Source of the DNA: Antedon mediterranea
Taxonomy: Eukaryota > Animalia > Echinodermata
Reading direction: 5' to 3'
NCBI RefSeq assembly: GCF_964355755.1
Contig: NC_092678.1
Span: forward strand, 2,000,422 to 2,064,421
DNA length: 64,000 bases
In this document: piece after piece, positions 38,108 to 50,257 of the stretch
Layout of the letters: each line of letters opens with the position of its first letter
Position numbering within the stretch: the first letter of the stretch is position 1
Notes under the pieces: generated by a model
What the model was told of the DNA's origin: nothing
The model's database searches: none
The model's input: the letters and a program-made list of their open reading frames with translations, nothing else
Position numbers and translations under genes: made by a program

Positions 38108-38225
38108 AAAGCTTGGTTCCCACTAGGATAAAACACATTTGACCAACCACAACGGCAATTTAGATAATCCATAGCTTCTGATTGGTCAAATGACTTGTGT
38201 TGCATCATAATGGGAACCAAGCTTT
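38108..38225. mobile_element. Harbinger/Tourist-like MITE
   Basis: TIR aaagcttggttccca / tgggaaccaagcttt. Confidence 0.75.
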
Positions 38226-39334
38226 AGGAAACATTGGCGGAACTGAAAAATCCGTGTAGGCAAGGTGAAAGGGGTATCGCTCCCTAAATATATGATCTAC
38301 AGCACATGCCTGGTAACAATGACAATGATGATATATTACCAAGTAAAAATAATCTTGTTTTAAAATGAAATATACATAATAAAGGAAAAAGACTCCAATT
38401 TGCAAGATAACATTACTTCAGTTGTGTAATTTTAATCCCAGACAAAAATGAAAGAAGTCATCTCACAAAGTATGAATCGATTGCTATACAATAGTACTTT
38501 ACTAAAACACCGAGTACTAAATCATCAAAATCATCATCTTTTATATAAGTAAAGCTTGCCCCTCTTACAAGGGTAACTAACTGTTACTTGTCCTCTTCAA
38601 AGCTTTATATCTTGTAAATCAATTAAATCCAGAACTTGGTGTGTTGACTCCCCTTTCGAGCTATTAGGTTATACTGGGATTGGGTGCAGGTGAAAGTGTC
38701 GGAGCCAAAATGTGCAAAAAAAGTATATTATTACAAGGAGAACTGAGGAAAAACAAGGGTGAATTAAAACTGGTTTTATTTTTAAACGACTACCACCAGC
38801 GGACGGCCGCAACTCACTGATAGCAAGTAGAGCTGCTTCTTGGAAGGCTGCAGCAGTTGATAAAGAAGACAACTGCTGGTAGCGGGTTCTATATTTCCAA
38901 TTCTCATCATTATGTTCCTTTTTTCATCATTTATCTCCATCATCCATTCGTTTCCTTTTTTAGGTCGACTCTTTATCCTCCTATTCTCATGTTTCTTTCT
39001 CCATCGTACCTTTCCTTGTCCTTCATCTTGTCATTTCGCCGTCGTCCACTTGTCTCTTTGTCACCTCTTTTTTCTTTGATCTGGTTCTCATGTTTCTTTC
39101 TTCAACATATCTTTCCTTGTCATTTTTCGTCGCCTACTTGTTCTACATCTCTCCACCTCTTTTATCTTGTACACCATTATGTTCTTTCATCATCTTTCCA
39201 TATACTCTTTAATCTAAATACCACCATCTCTTTTCCAATTGTTTACATAAAAATACTTCAAATATATTCTATTTCGCAGATTTAAGTCTTAAACCCAAAA
39301 CTTTCTAAATATTATTAAAAACATTAATTCTTAC

Positions 39335-39516
39335 CAAATATTCTTCTGTTCCGTAAAGTGACATAAACTCTCCCCCTTCCTGTAGCTCACGGGCCGCTCC
39401 AAAGTCTGCTAACTTGTAAATTGACGTGTTATCCGCATCAACTACTCTCATGATATTGCCCGGTTTCAAATCCCGATGGACAACATTTGACTCTCTTAAG
39501 TATTTCATTCCAGAAG
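39335..39516 (-). CDS. TBK1: TBK1 coding exon 3 (catalytic and activation loops)
   Basis: 182 nt; [39 protein letters not shown] (Ser172 equivalent present). Confidence 0.98.
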
Positions 39517-42500
39517 CTGAATTGAAAAGATATTATTATTAATTTTTGATTGATCACATTAGGCGTATATGAATGGTCACTTGCAAACACCTTGCAGTGA
39601 TCTGATCTGCTAGATCTACTGATTATCTGCTTCAAACAGAACAGTCAAATATGCCTACATTTTGTTTTTACATGGTTCTTTACAAAAACAATCTCAGTCA
39701 CCCTCTGTATCACTTGGATTTCAATGGCGTATCATATGACGTAAAATACTTTGGATATAAACTTAAGATATTGTAACATAACAACAAAATTGGGAAACTT
39801 TCAAATTAAAGACACTGCATAGAAGTTAATATATTTGTGTTATAGAATGTTATAACCTATAGTATAAGAACATGGTTGAATAATGTGAACTAAGGAGAAA
39901 ATAAAAAAATAATAATATGATAAAAAATGATTGAATCCAATGCCTAAATTCCATTTTAATATGTTGTGCTTAGTGGGATATATTTCAACTCTATTTGAGA
40001 CTTAACTCTTTCACCATATTTGTCCATAATGATTATATAGAGTCTAAAAATAACATTGTGGAAATTCCAAATTCTCTAGTATAGCATCATCAATTTCCTA
40101 GATTATAATAAATTATGCCAACAGGCAAGATACTGTGAAACTGTAATTTCCAATACGATATAAACATAATCATGAGTAATGAAATTATTCCTTCATTTTC
40201 AAAACAACGTTAACATCTGAAAACTTACAGTATAATCACCAACCTCAAACATAGAATTCTTCTTTGTTTAAAAAACATGAAAACAGCATAGATGTCGATT
40301 TGTATTTTCAGAACCTTAGAAATTCTGGCCTATTTTAATTTTCCAGAATTCAGTTGAAAGAAGAAAGAAAATAATGTTCATAATTAAACAATTATCATTT
40401 TATTCAACCAACTAAAACAGAAAGAAGTAAAGCTAAAAGAACCATGTTTTGGATGGAAGGTGTTAGAACTAGTATTTACTACAGTAAAATTAGATCCACA
40501 ATTTGCTAAAAAAAGGTGACCCAACAACTTCATGACCCAACAAAGTGCCATTTTCATATGGATGTCCCTTGAATAGAGGTTAGCTGTAGTGTTAAAACAT
40601 ATATGCCCCTCACATATGTTTCATAGGGAAGTGTTTCCATTATGGGCGTGTCTCAGAGAAAAGATTTGACTCAAGGAATAATCGAGTAAGTTCCAATTAG
40701 GTCTATAATTAGAGGGAGACATAACTATACAACAAGACAAATCGTCATACAAACATTCATTTATTTTCACAATAAACATCACCCAGGTTGAATTATTTTC
40801 ATTTCAATTTCAGGTTGACATTTCATAACTGTAATACTATTGTTGATAATCAATGGAGCAACTGAAGCAAATAATACAACAAAGCATTATGGATTTTTCC
40901 CACATAGAAAATAACTGTATTATTGAAAGAGTAGACTGCTAATACACTAGTCAAATAAAAATGAAATGAAATAGTAGAATTGGACTTCAATATACCAGCG
41001 ACTATTTCAACAACAACACTATTTACCAGGTCCGACAAAAAAGGAACCAATTGTATAAAGTATTATTTGCTTTATATATAGTAACAATGACAGGAAATCA
41101 CAGATCATAAACATTGAAATTAAAATCTACCACCGATAAATATGACTGCTGGAAATCAAAAGCCTAACCATTGTTGGTGGCGTCCTATCAATGACAATGC
41201 TAAATTGAATAAACAATTCCATTGATAAATTGACTCTGGAATTTTTAGTAAATATAAATTTGTAAAAAACTGTGATCAAGTTCCAATTTTCCAAGATTCT
41301 TCTACTGTATACCAACTAATAATTCATCAGATTCTATGCCAAAAGAATTGGTTCTTTCATCAAAACATGGATTTAAAAACTAGTTACATCAGTCAATATC
41401 TGCCACATGTTTTCATGGGTGAATAACCTCATGTGCCGAGATAAAATGTATGATAGGAATTGCTATTACGGTAAGTGGCATCATAGAAAAAAAAGTAAAG
41501 ATGGTTGTATTAATAACATAGTGGACCATTTTGAAAATTGAGTAGTAAGTGGATTTCAGATCTAGCTGAGACCAAAGGAAAAGGCTAGAAAACTGGTTTT
41601 TAATAGGTCTCTTCTCTCAAATTAAAGACCAATTTAAGCATAAAGTTCAATGTAAAAACTTTGGGTTTCTAAATTGTCTTGATGAAGTTTATTGGAATGA
41701 ACAAAAGTTGGGCTTTTAAAAAGAGTCTGTCTTAGCTTGAATTCTATTTTCAGAGAGTTGAACTTAATGTACGCAAAGATAGTGGGCGAGTCTGTTGTCA
41801 TATCAGATATTCAAATGTAGCTGTTTATTATTTGTATTTATACTAGCAAAAGCAATGGAATAGAAATCAATATGCTGTTATTATTCTTTGGCAATCGGTG
41901 CATAATAGCTAACCATTGTTGCTATGTTACTATTTATAGTTTGGGAAACTCTATAATTACACACACCAGATAATGGTTACGTCACGTGAGGAACGCCATT
42001 TTATATTGACATGACTCCACGCTGAACTTACGAAACGCACTGTACGATTGACAATTGAAAAGGACAAATCATTAAAAAATACTACAAGGTAAAGGTTAAA
42101 ATCTTTTCTAAATTGTAGAACTGCAATCTATTTAGTATTAATATTATTAATATTAGTACATTGTTGGATATATATCTATCAAATTGATTGTTATTCATCA
42201 TACGAATGTCGCCAGGCCAGAACAAAGGTAAGTATAGACCGACATTTACCGGTGTGTGAATGCATGCGAGACCTTAGAAGTGTGCATGTCAATGGACTTT
42301 ATGTTGGCCTAGATGAATCACAGGCACAGTATTTGTAAAATGGTATATTTAGGTAGATTTCAGCACTCTAAACAAAATTTAGTACTGCAGATATGGTTCT
42401 GGAAATAGTACTTATTATTATATACATTATTAATTTAATTAAATTGTCTTCTGTGAAATTTCCATAATCAAAGTAGGATTAATTTTCTCTTCTGTATTTC

Positions 42501-42929
42501 TTCTGTATACTGTAAGTACTTAACATAGGTGGTAAATAAAGAGGTTCCTAGGGAGGTTGATAGTTTAAGCATAATATTTTTGAAGAAAACAAGAGGCAAC
42601 TACATTCAAAATTTAAAATATCAAACATAATGAATTACAGTGTTTTTTAATGTATGCGATAACAATTTTGAACATTGCAGGATTCAATACTTAAAACTCA
42701 ATTTTTCTGGACTTATCTTGCAAACATTTTTATATCTGTGGCGCTTGCTAGTCAAAGAATAATTAAGATTTTTAAAACTGTACTCTCGTAATTGTTGCTG
42801 AAAATTGTATTCTCCCTTCCACATTGGTCCAACATGATGTGTTGTACCTAAAGACACTGTAAGAATGTTCTCAAATGCATTTTCCTTCAAAATGGAAAAT
42901 TAGCCAATAACATGGCAGAAAATACTTAC

Positions 42930-43200
42930 TGACATCTCGCAGAACAATGAGGAACTCTTTCTCTTTGAGGCCAAAAATGTTCTGTGGTTCCTCAAGAATG
43001 CTGTATAGGGATCCACCCATACATAGTTCCATGACAATAACTGGTTGCTTAGTGATCTGGTCATCTTCAATGGCCAACAAGTGCACAATGTTTCTATGTT
43101 TTAGTTTTCTGATTACTTGTAGTTCTCGTACTTGTACGTCTAGTGGTCGTGAATATGATGCACTATTAAATGTTTTCACAGCAACCTGTTCTCCCGTTTT
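42930..43200 (-). CDS. TBK1: TBK1 coding exon 2
   Basis: 271 nt; KTGEQVAVKTFN..RPLDVQVRE..KLKHRNIV..MELCMGGSLYSILEEPQNIFGLKEKEFLIVLRDV. Confidence 0.98.
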
Positions 43201-43239
43201 CTAAAAAAAATGTATAATATGAAGAATAAAAGTGTGTAA

Positions 43240-43519
43240 TGCATTTGTCAATTGTATGAACCACTATAAAACCCCCAGGAGAGGTGGTCATATCTTTTGC
43301 GTCAAAAAAGTGACTTACCTTTAGGTGACCATGACACACCCATTTTGACGCATTATACGGTGGGTGGTAAAGTGACGGACATTGACACACCATTGTTCAT
43401 TGATGTGACGTACTATCCAAATTTTTCTATGCACCCCTGCGTCAACTATTTGTAAATGACGCATCCATCACGCACCTCTCCCAGGGGTCGTATAGTGGGT
43501 CATACAATTGACAAGTGCA
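43240..43519. mobile_element. 280-bp PIF/Harbinger-type MITE
   Basis: TIR tgcatttgtcaattgtatga / tcatacaattgacaagtgca with TAA on both sides. Confidence 0.85.
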
Positions 43520-45109
43520 TAATGTAGGAAAGTAAGGTTTATGGTAATAATAATAAAACAATCAATACCAACAATTAAAAAATTACACAATAAAAAATAA
43601 GACATAATAATATACAAGCGAGAACAGTCTTAAAATACACATAATGATTTGCACCATTGCACATGAGACATAATGCTGTACCATCTCAAAAAATAATTCT
43701 GCCAAAAAATTGCACAGGAAATCGTGGTACAGTATAACTATGGCATATTAAATAAATAAGTTTTTTTTAAATGAATGGTACACCATGTGTTTTCCAAAAG
43801 ATAAAAAGTTAAGAATGTCTTCTAGTTTTGGTTCTTAGACTATTACTGTACTTCTGGATGCCAGGCAAGTCAAAGTTTCGTATTTGGTATTGCTGCCTTT
43901 CAGCCTCGTTAGTAGTCTGGGCTCCAGATGGAGTTTTTTCTTAATATTAGTAAAAATATAAATATTTTTGCACATATGGCGTTTCATATGTGTATAACTT
44001 GAGTTTGGATACTCCGTCTGGGGAAACACGCAAAAGTCACGTGGTTTGACACCAAGAATTCTTGGTGCATAGATTATCCGGTTGACTAGTTTCAGCTGCA
44101 TGCGATTGGCTACTCACTCGTACACTGTTTTAATATTCATGTTTCAGAATTTCAAAGACTCAACAACTAAGAAGGTACGCATGCGCTATGTTACGTTTAG
44201 AAAATGTTAATTTAATTAATTAATGAAAGTTTCTGAAGGCTAGAAATGATTTTATACCGTATGCCTAGTAGTAGTCTGGTAAACATTTGATGGGATTTTT
44301 CCCAAGAAAACTCGTCTTGCTTCTCCGCAAATCAAACATTGAATGGATTGAATGGATCATTACGCGGAGATAATTTGATTTAATTCCCACCCAGACCCTG
44401 TCCTGTTCTGTGTAGTGGTGTAGCCCTGTCTGTTGTGTGTGAATCCTGTTGTGTGCCGGTGGTGGTATGTAGGCCTACCTTATTGGCGTTTTATTTGGCA
44501 GGTCATACGTGCCAGTTGAGTAGGACCTACGAAGGAGGCCTAGGCTAAGGACTAAACAATTAATAAACAAAACAACTTGACAACACGATTTCATATTTCA
44601 ACAGTCTCGATCGTACATTCAGCACTGTACGTACTCGATCTTTTTCATTTTGAAACAAAATGATCATTGGTTGATTCGAAATCCATATTTACATACCGCC
44701 CGCCCCATATAGCCAAATACGGTATGATAACCTACGTCATTCTTATCGGATGTTTGCGATCTGCAAATCGATTTCTATACGTGTTTCACAAGTCTGTATT
44801 TTCAGACAAAAATCGCAGTCGAAATAAAAACAAATAAATAAAAATAAAAAACAATACAGACTTGGGGCAAGTCTACCTAGTTAGTAGTAGGCTATAGGCC
44901 TAGGTGTTTTAGCCTTTCTAGGCCTAGGATTGTTTGGTCATTTGCTTACATAAAACTACATTAGGTATGTTTATAAAATCCATATAAATATAATATTTAA
45001 TATATTATTATTAAAAACCAAATGTTACTGTTTTAATCAAATGTAGGCCTTGGCTAGGCCTACCTTTTATTTGATTCAAATGACAGGAATCAATTTAGAT
45101 GTTGTGTAA

Positions 45110-45272
45110 ACAAATAATGAATGTTTTTTATCGTGTAAATGTACAAATAATGACATTTGGTGAATGATGAAAGGTTATATATCAACTCAGCTTCGCCTCG
45201 TTGAAATATAACCTTTCATCATTCACCTCATGCCATTATTTGTACCATTACACTCAAACATTCATTATTTGT
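45110..45272. mobile_element. Foldback MITE (near-complete palindrome)
   Basis: acaaataatgaatg..ggtgaatgatgaaaggttatat / atataacctttcatcattcacc..cattcattatttgt around cagcttcgcctc. Confidence 0.75.
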
Positions 45273-45374
45273 ATAATATATAATTTTAAAAGCAGCAAAC
45301 CGAAATTAATAATATATATTTATGCTCAATAAAAATAGATTGCATTGAACCGAACATAAAATCAGTCAACCATC

Positions 45375-45750
45375 AGACAGTGGAACCGTAATCCATAGCC
45401 ATAACATCGGCAGGGGTTCGAGGCTCACTCGCTCCATGGTTCTGGTGGTAGTCTTCTCGGATAAGGACTATAAACCATAGGTCCAGTGTATGCATATTGC
45501 TCGTGTGCACTTTAAAGAACCTAGTACATCTTTCGAGACGAGTAGGGGGTTACCTCGGTGTACTAGTTCACACACACACACACACTGTCGTGGACAGACG
45601 TAATGGCGCCGTAGTTGGCTGCCGATGACACGATGTGACCCTTAGGGGAGAAGAATGTTGTTGTAAAGGTGTAACATCTAAGTCCACAGTACTCTGATCT
45701 TCATAAAATAGCGCTATATAAATGTCGCATTACATTACATACATTACATT
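45375..45750 (+). mobile_element. tRNA-derived SINE with Nin/Deu-like core and (cattac)n tail, 5'-truncated
   Basis: B box ggttcgaggc; core tcggataaggactataaacc.taggtcc, gcactttaaagaacc, gagtagggggttacc; tail aatagcgctatataaatg + acatt repeats. Confidence 0.85.
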
Positions 45751-47289
45751 GAAATATTAACAAGCAGCAAAAAACAGGGAACACCTATTCATTCCCACAG
45801 TTAAATGTTTGTAACTAAGGAAACAATGTTTGTGTTCCCATGGTTTTAACAACCAGGAAATCTGGAATACTGAATATCATTTACTAACCGACTTTATGAA
45901 TAGGCCTACAGTGTATATTTACATTAACTTTCATATCCAGTGACCACAGACTTTATATTTATAGTTTATTGATTTTAACAAGGAGTTACGTTTTCTTTTC
46001 TTAAAGAGGGCAGCACATGAGGTCACCCCTGAAAACAAAGTAGGAAACCTGTTTAGTAATTTCAACGAAACTGTATGCCAGAATGTATTGTTGTGTTGGC
46101 TTTCATCCAGAGAAAATGCAATTCAATAGTACAGTATTCTGGTTTATTTTTAGTTTCAATTGTTATTGAGTTTGTTTACAAATTGCTTCTGCTTCTACTT
46201 TTGTAGTTTTGCTTTCACATAACGTTGGAAAGTTCTTTGTATGCAGAAAAAGAAACTCAATCAAGAACAGCCTACCAAAAATAACAAGTTCCTGCTACTT
46301 CCTGTAATACTGTAATCTTATATGTTATTGGTTCAATGACAATATGTTAAGTCTCTATTAATGGGTTACCTTTACCTATAATACAATTGTGGCTGTGTTT
46401 ACAGGATATTACAGTAATAACAAAGTTCCATTGTTTTATAACAATCATATGGTAATAAAACTAATATGTGGCAGAATTAATTTCCTATTGTTTTTCCTAT
46501 TGCCAATATACTGCAGTCTCTTTGCTTTCAATTGGTTATTTTCAATTCTATGCTCAGGCATCAATTCATTTTCAGTTAATATACATACTGTAACTAAAGA
46601 AATTAGGTCAACAGGTAAGTCCGTATGCAGGGAAAATCGTCATGACCCAGGCTAGTTAGGCGAATTTACTGGCTAAGGGCTTGGTGCAGCAAGAGCTGCC
46701 TTTATTGAGCATCAAAATTGAGCATCTTGAACACCCAACTGGTCAAGTCAAGATTTCTAATATAAAGACTCTTGGCATCCAACAAAATCAGAGCAGAGTT
46801 TAAAACAGGATGAATCCATAAGACAAGCAAAGACTACCAATACCTCGATCAATTGGTCAAGAAAAAGTCCAGATCTTAGCTAATCAGAGTCTTGGGGTCG
46901 GATTCTGCTTAAAAATTGTGAAAAACCGGCTTTAAAAAATGTAGGGTTTTTTTTTGTACAATGATGTCATTATCCACATATAATGTATTCGCACCATTCA
47001 GCCAAAAGTGCCTTACTTTACAGGCATCCAGGTTGGTAAATGGTGGTTTAATTGTTCCTTTCTTTTCAATGAGGCATCCACATACATTTTTAAAATATCC
47101 CCCAAATATCGTCAATTTCATATGATGGAAATAGGTTAGCTTATTTATTATAAATTTTATCATAATTTACTTTTGTTTTTCGCTTTTTGATTTTGCAAAA
47201 GGGTAAAGGTAAAAAAAAGATACAGTAAGTCACATTCATTACTCTTGATAATAGTAGTTGTCATAAAAAAGGTTAGAATATGTCCTTAC

Positions 47290-49752
47290 ATTCTTCCATT
47301 GACCGTTTGTCGTCCATATATTCTTTCAATGACCGTTTGTCGTCCATATATTCTTTCAATGACCGTTTGTCGTCCTTGGATTCTGTCTTTGCCCTTTATT
47401 GTCCGTAGAATCTTTTTTTTTTTATCATTTATCATCTTAGTATTCTTCTTTTAACCGTTTGTCATCCTACTGTAGATTCCTCTTTTGACCGTTTGTCGTC
47501 CATAGATTCTTTTAAAAAAAATCATTTATCACTTATCACTATCCCTAGATTCCTCCTTTGACCGTCCTTAGATTCTTTTTTTTTTTACTCATTTATGGTC
47601 TTTACATTCCTCTTTTGACTATTTGTTATCCCAAGATTCCTCCTTTGACTGTTTATCGTTCTTAAATTCCTCCTTTGACTGTTTGTCGTTCTTAAATTCC
47701 TTCTTTGACTGTTTGTCATTCTTAAATTCTTCCTTTGACTGTTTGTCGTTCTTAAATTCCTTCTTTGACTGTTTGTCGTTCTTAAATTCCTCCTTTGACT
47801 GTTTGTCGTTCTTAAATTCCTTCTTTGACTGTTTGTCATTCTTAAATTCCTTCTTTGACTGTTTGTCGTTCTTAAATTCCTTCTTTGACTGTTTGTCGTT
47901 CTTAAATTCCTCCTTTGACTGTTTGTCGTTCTTAAATTCCTTCTTTGACTGTTTGTCGTTCTTAAATTCCTTCTTTGACTGTTTGTCGTTCTTAAATTTC
48001 TTCTTTGACTGTTTGTCGTTCTTAATTCCTTCTTTGACTGTTTGTCGTTCTTAAATTTCTTCTTTGACTGTTTGTCGTTCTTAATTCCTTCTTTGACTGT
48101 TTGTCGTTCTTAAATTCCTTCTTTGACTGTTTGTCGTTCTTAAATTCCTTCTTTGACTGTTTGTCGTTCTTAAATTCCTTCTTTGACTGTTTGTCGTTCT
48201 TAAATTCCTTCTTGACTGTTTGTCGTTCTTAAATTCCTTCTTTGACTGTTTGTCGTTCTTAAATTCCTTCTTTGACTGTTTGTCGTTCTTAAATTCCTTC
48301 TTTGACTGTTTGTCGTTCTTGAATTCCTTCTTTGACTGTTTGTCGTTCTTAAATTCCTTCTTTGACTGTTTGTCGTTCTTAAATTCCTTCTTTGACTGTT
48401 TGTCGTTCTTAAATTCTTCCTTTGACTGTTTGTCGTTCTTAAATTCTTCCTTTGACTGTTTGTCGTTCTTAAATTCCTTCTTTGACTGTTTGTCGTTCTT
48501 AAATTCCTTCTTTGACTGTTTGTCGTTCTTAAATTCCTTCTTTGACTGTTTGTCGTTCTTAAATTCCTTCTTTGACTGTTTGTCGTTCTTAAATTCCTTC
48601 TTTGACTGTTTGTCGTTCTTAAATTCCTTCTTTGACTGTTTGTCGTTCTTAAATTTCTTCTTTGACTGTTTGTCGTTCTTAAATTCCTTCTTTGACTGTT
48701 TGTCGTTCTTAAATTCCTTCTTTGACTGTTTGTCGTTCTTAAATTCTTCCTTTGACTGTTTGTCGTTCTTAAATTCCTTCTTTGACTGTTTGTCGTTCTT
48801 AAATTCCTTCTTTGACTGTTTGTCGTTCTTAAATTCCTTCTTTGACTGTTTGTCGTTCTTAAATTCTTCCTTTGACTGTTTGTCGTTCTTAAATTCCTTC
48901 TTTGACAGTTTGTCGTTCTTAAATTCCTTCTTTGACTGTTTGTCGTTCTTAAATTCCTTCTTTGACTGTTTGTCGTTCTTAAATTCCTTCTTTGACTGTT
49001 TGTCGTTCTTAAATTCCTTCTTTGTTTGTTGTTCTTAAATTCCTTCTTTGACTGTTTGTCGTTCTTAAATTCCTTCTTTGACTGTTTGTCGTTCTTAAAT
49101 TCCTTCTTTGACTGTTTGTCGTTCTTAAATTCCTTCTTTGACTGTTTGTCGTTCTTAAATTCCTTCTTTGACTGTTTGTCGTTCTTAAATTCCTTCTTTG
49201 ACTGTTTGTCGTTCTTAAATTCCTTCTTTGACTGTTTGTCGTTCTTAAATTCCTTCTTTGACTGTTTGTCGTTCTTAAATTCCTTCTTTGACTGTTTGTC
49301 GTTCTTAAATTCCTTCTTTGACTGTTTGTCGTTCTTAAATTCCTTCTTTGACTGTTTGTCGTTCTTAAATTCCTCCTTTGACTGTTTGTCGTTCTTAAAT
49401 TCCTTCTTTGACTGTTTGTCGTTCTTAAATTCCTTCTTTGACTGTTTGTCGTTCTTAAATTCCTTCTTTGACTGTTTGTCGTTCTTAAATTCCTTCTTTG
49501 ACTGTTTGTCGTTCTTAAATTTCTTCTTTGACTGTTTGTCGTTCTTAAATTCCTTCTTTGACTGTTTGTCGTTCTTAAATTCCTTCTTTGACTGTTTGTC
49601 GTTCTTAAATTCCTTCTTTGACTGTTTGTCGTTCTTAAATTCCTTCTTTGACTGTTTGTCGTTCTTAAATTCCTTCTTCGACTGTTTGTCGTTCTTAAAT
49701 TCCTTCTTTGACTGTTTGTCGTTCTTAAATTCCTTCTTTGACCGTTTGTCGT
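47290..49752. repeat. 30-bp satellite array (~70 homogeneous units, degenerate left flank) in TBK1 intron
   Basis: (ttcttaaattccttctttgactgtttgtcg)n from ~47635 to 49752; decayed units 47290-47635. Confidence 0.98.
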
Positions 49753-50149
49753 CAGTGCTCAGTGTCTGACTCAAGAGCAATGTGACGAACTAATTCATTA
49801 TTGACTGGAAGCCAACTAATGTACATTACAATAGCATGTTGATTAATAAGCAACTGTTTAATATCTAGGCAAGTGTGTTAACAATTGTATCAGAATACAA
49901 CTACAATTTGAATCGATCAATAACTATATTATGTAAAAATGTAACATGTGAATTATATTATTAGCTCTAAAAGAAGAACTGAAGATTTTGAAAGCCTTTT
50001 AAACTAAGGATATTTATTAAGAAATTGTCTAGTATAGGCTTTTTATTTGGTTGCATCATTAAAATAAAATAACCTACAGTAAAACAACCTTTATATTATA
50101 ATAATTTTGTATTAATTATTCTAGTTTTATTTAGGAAATTATTATATAC

Positions 50150-50257
50150 CTTATGTCTACCAATGTAGACATTAGATGTTGCGCCAGTTCCTAAGACATG
50201 TCCGGTATACCAAATGTACGATTTGGTACTTTTTAGTTGTTCTGGTCGGCTTGACAT
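50150..50257 (-). CDS. TBK1: TBK1 coding exon 1 (Gly-rich loop)
   Basis: tttttgcag|ATG; MSSRPEQLKSTKSYIWYTGHVLGTGATSNVYIGRHK|gt; joins exon 2 in phase 0. Full CDS 2283 nt = 760 aa. Confidence 0.93.

Noticed and set aside
38857-39285. 142-aa hydrophobic ORF
   Set aside because: Pyrimidine-rich low-complexity intron DNA antisense to TBK1.
47585-49780. Long repetitive ORFs (KKEFKNDKQS, FFDCLSFLNS)
   Set aside because: By-products of a 30-bp satellite; frameshifting indels are tolerated.
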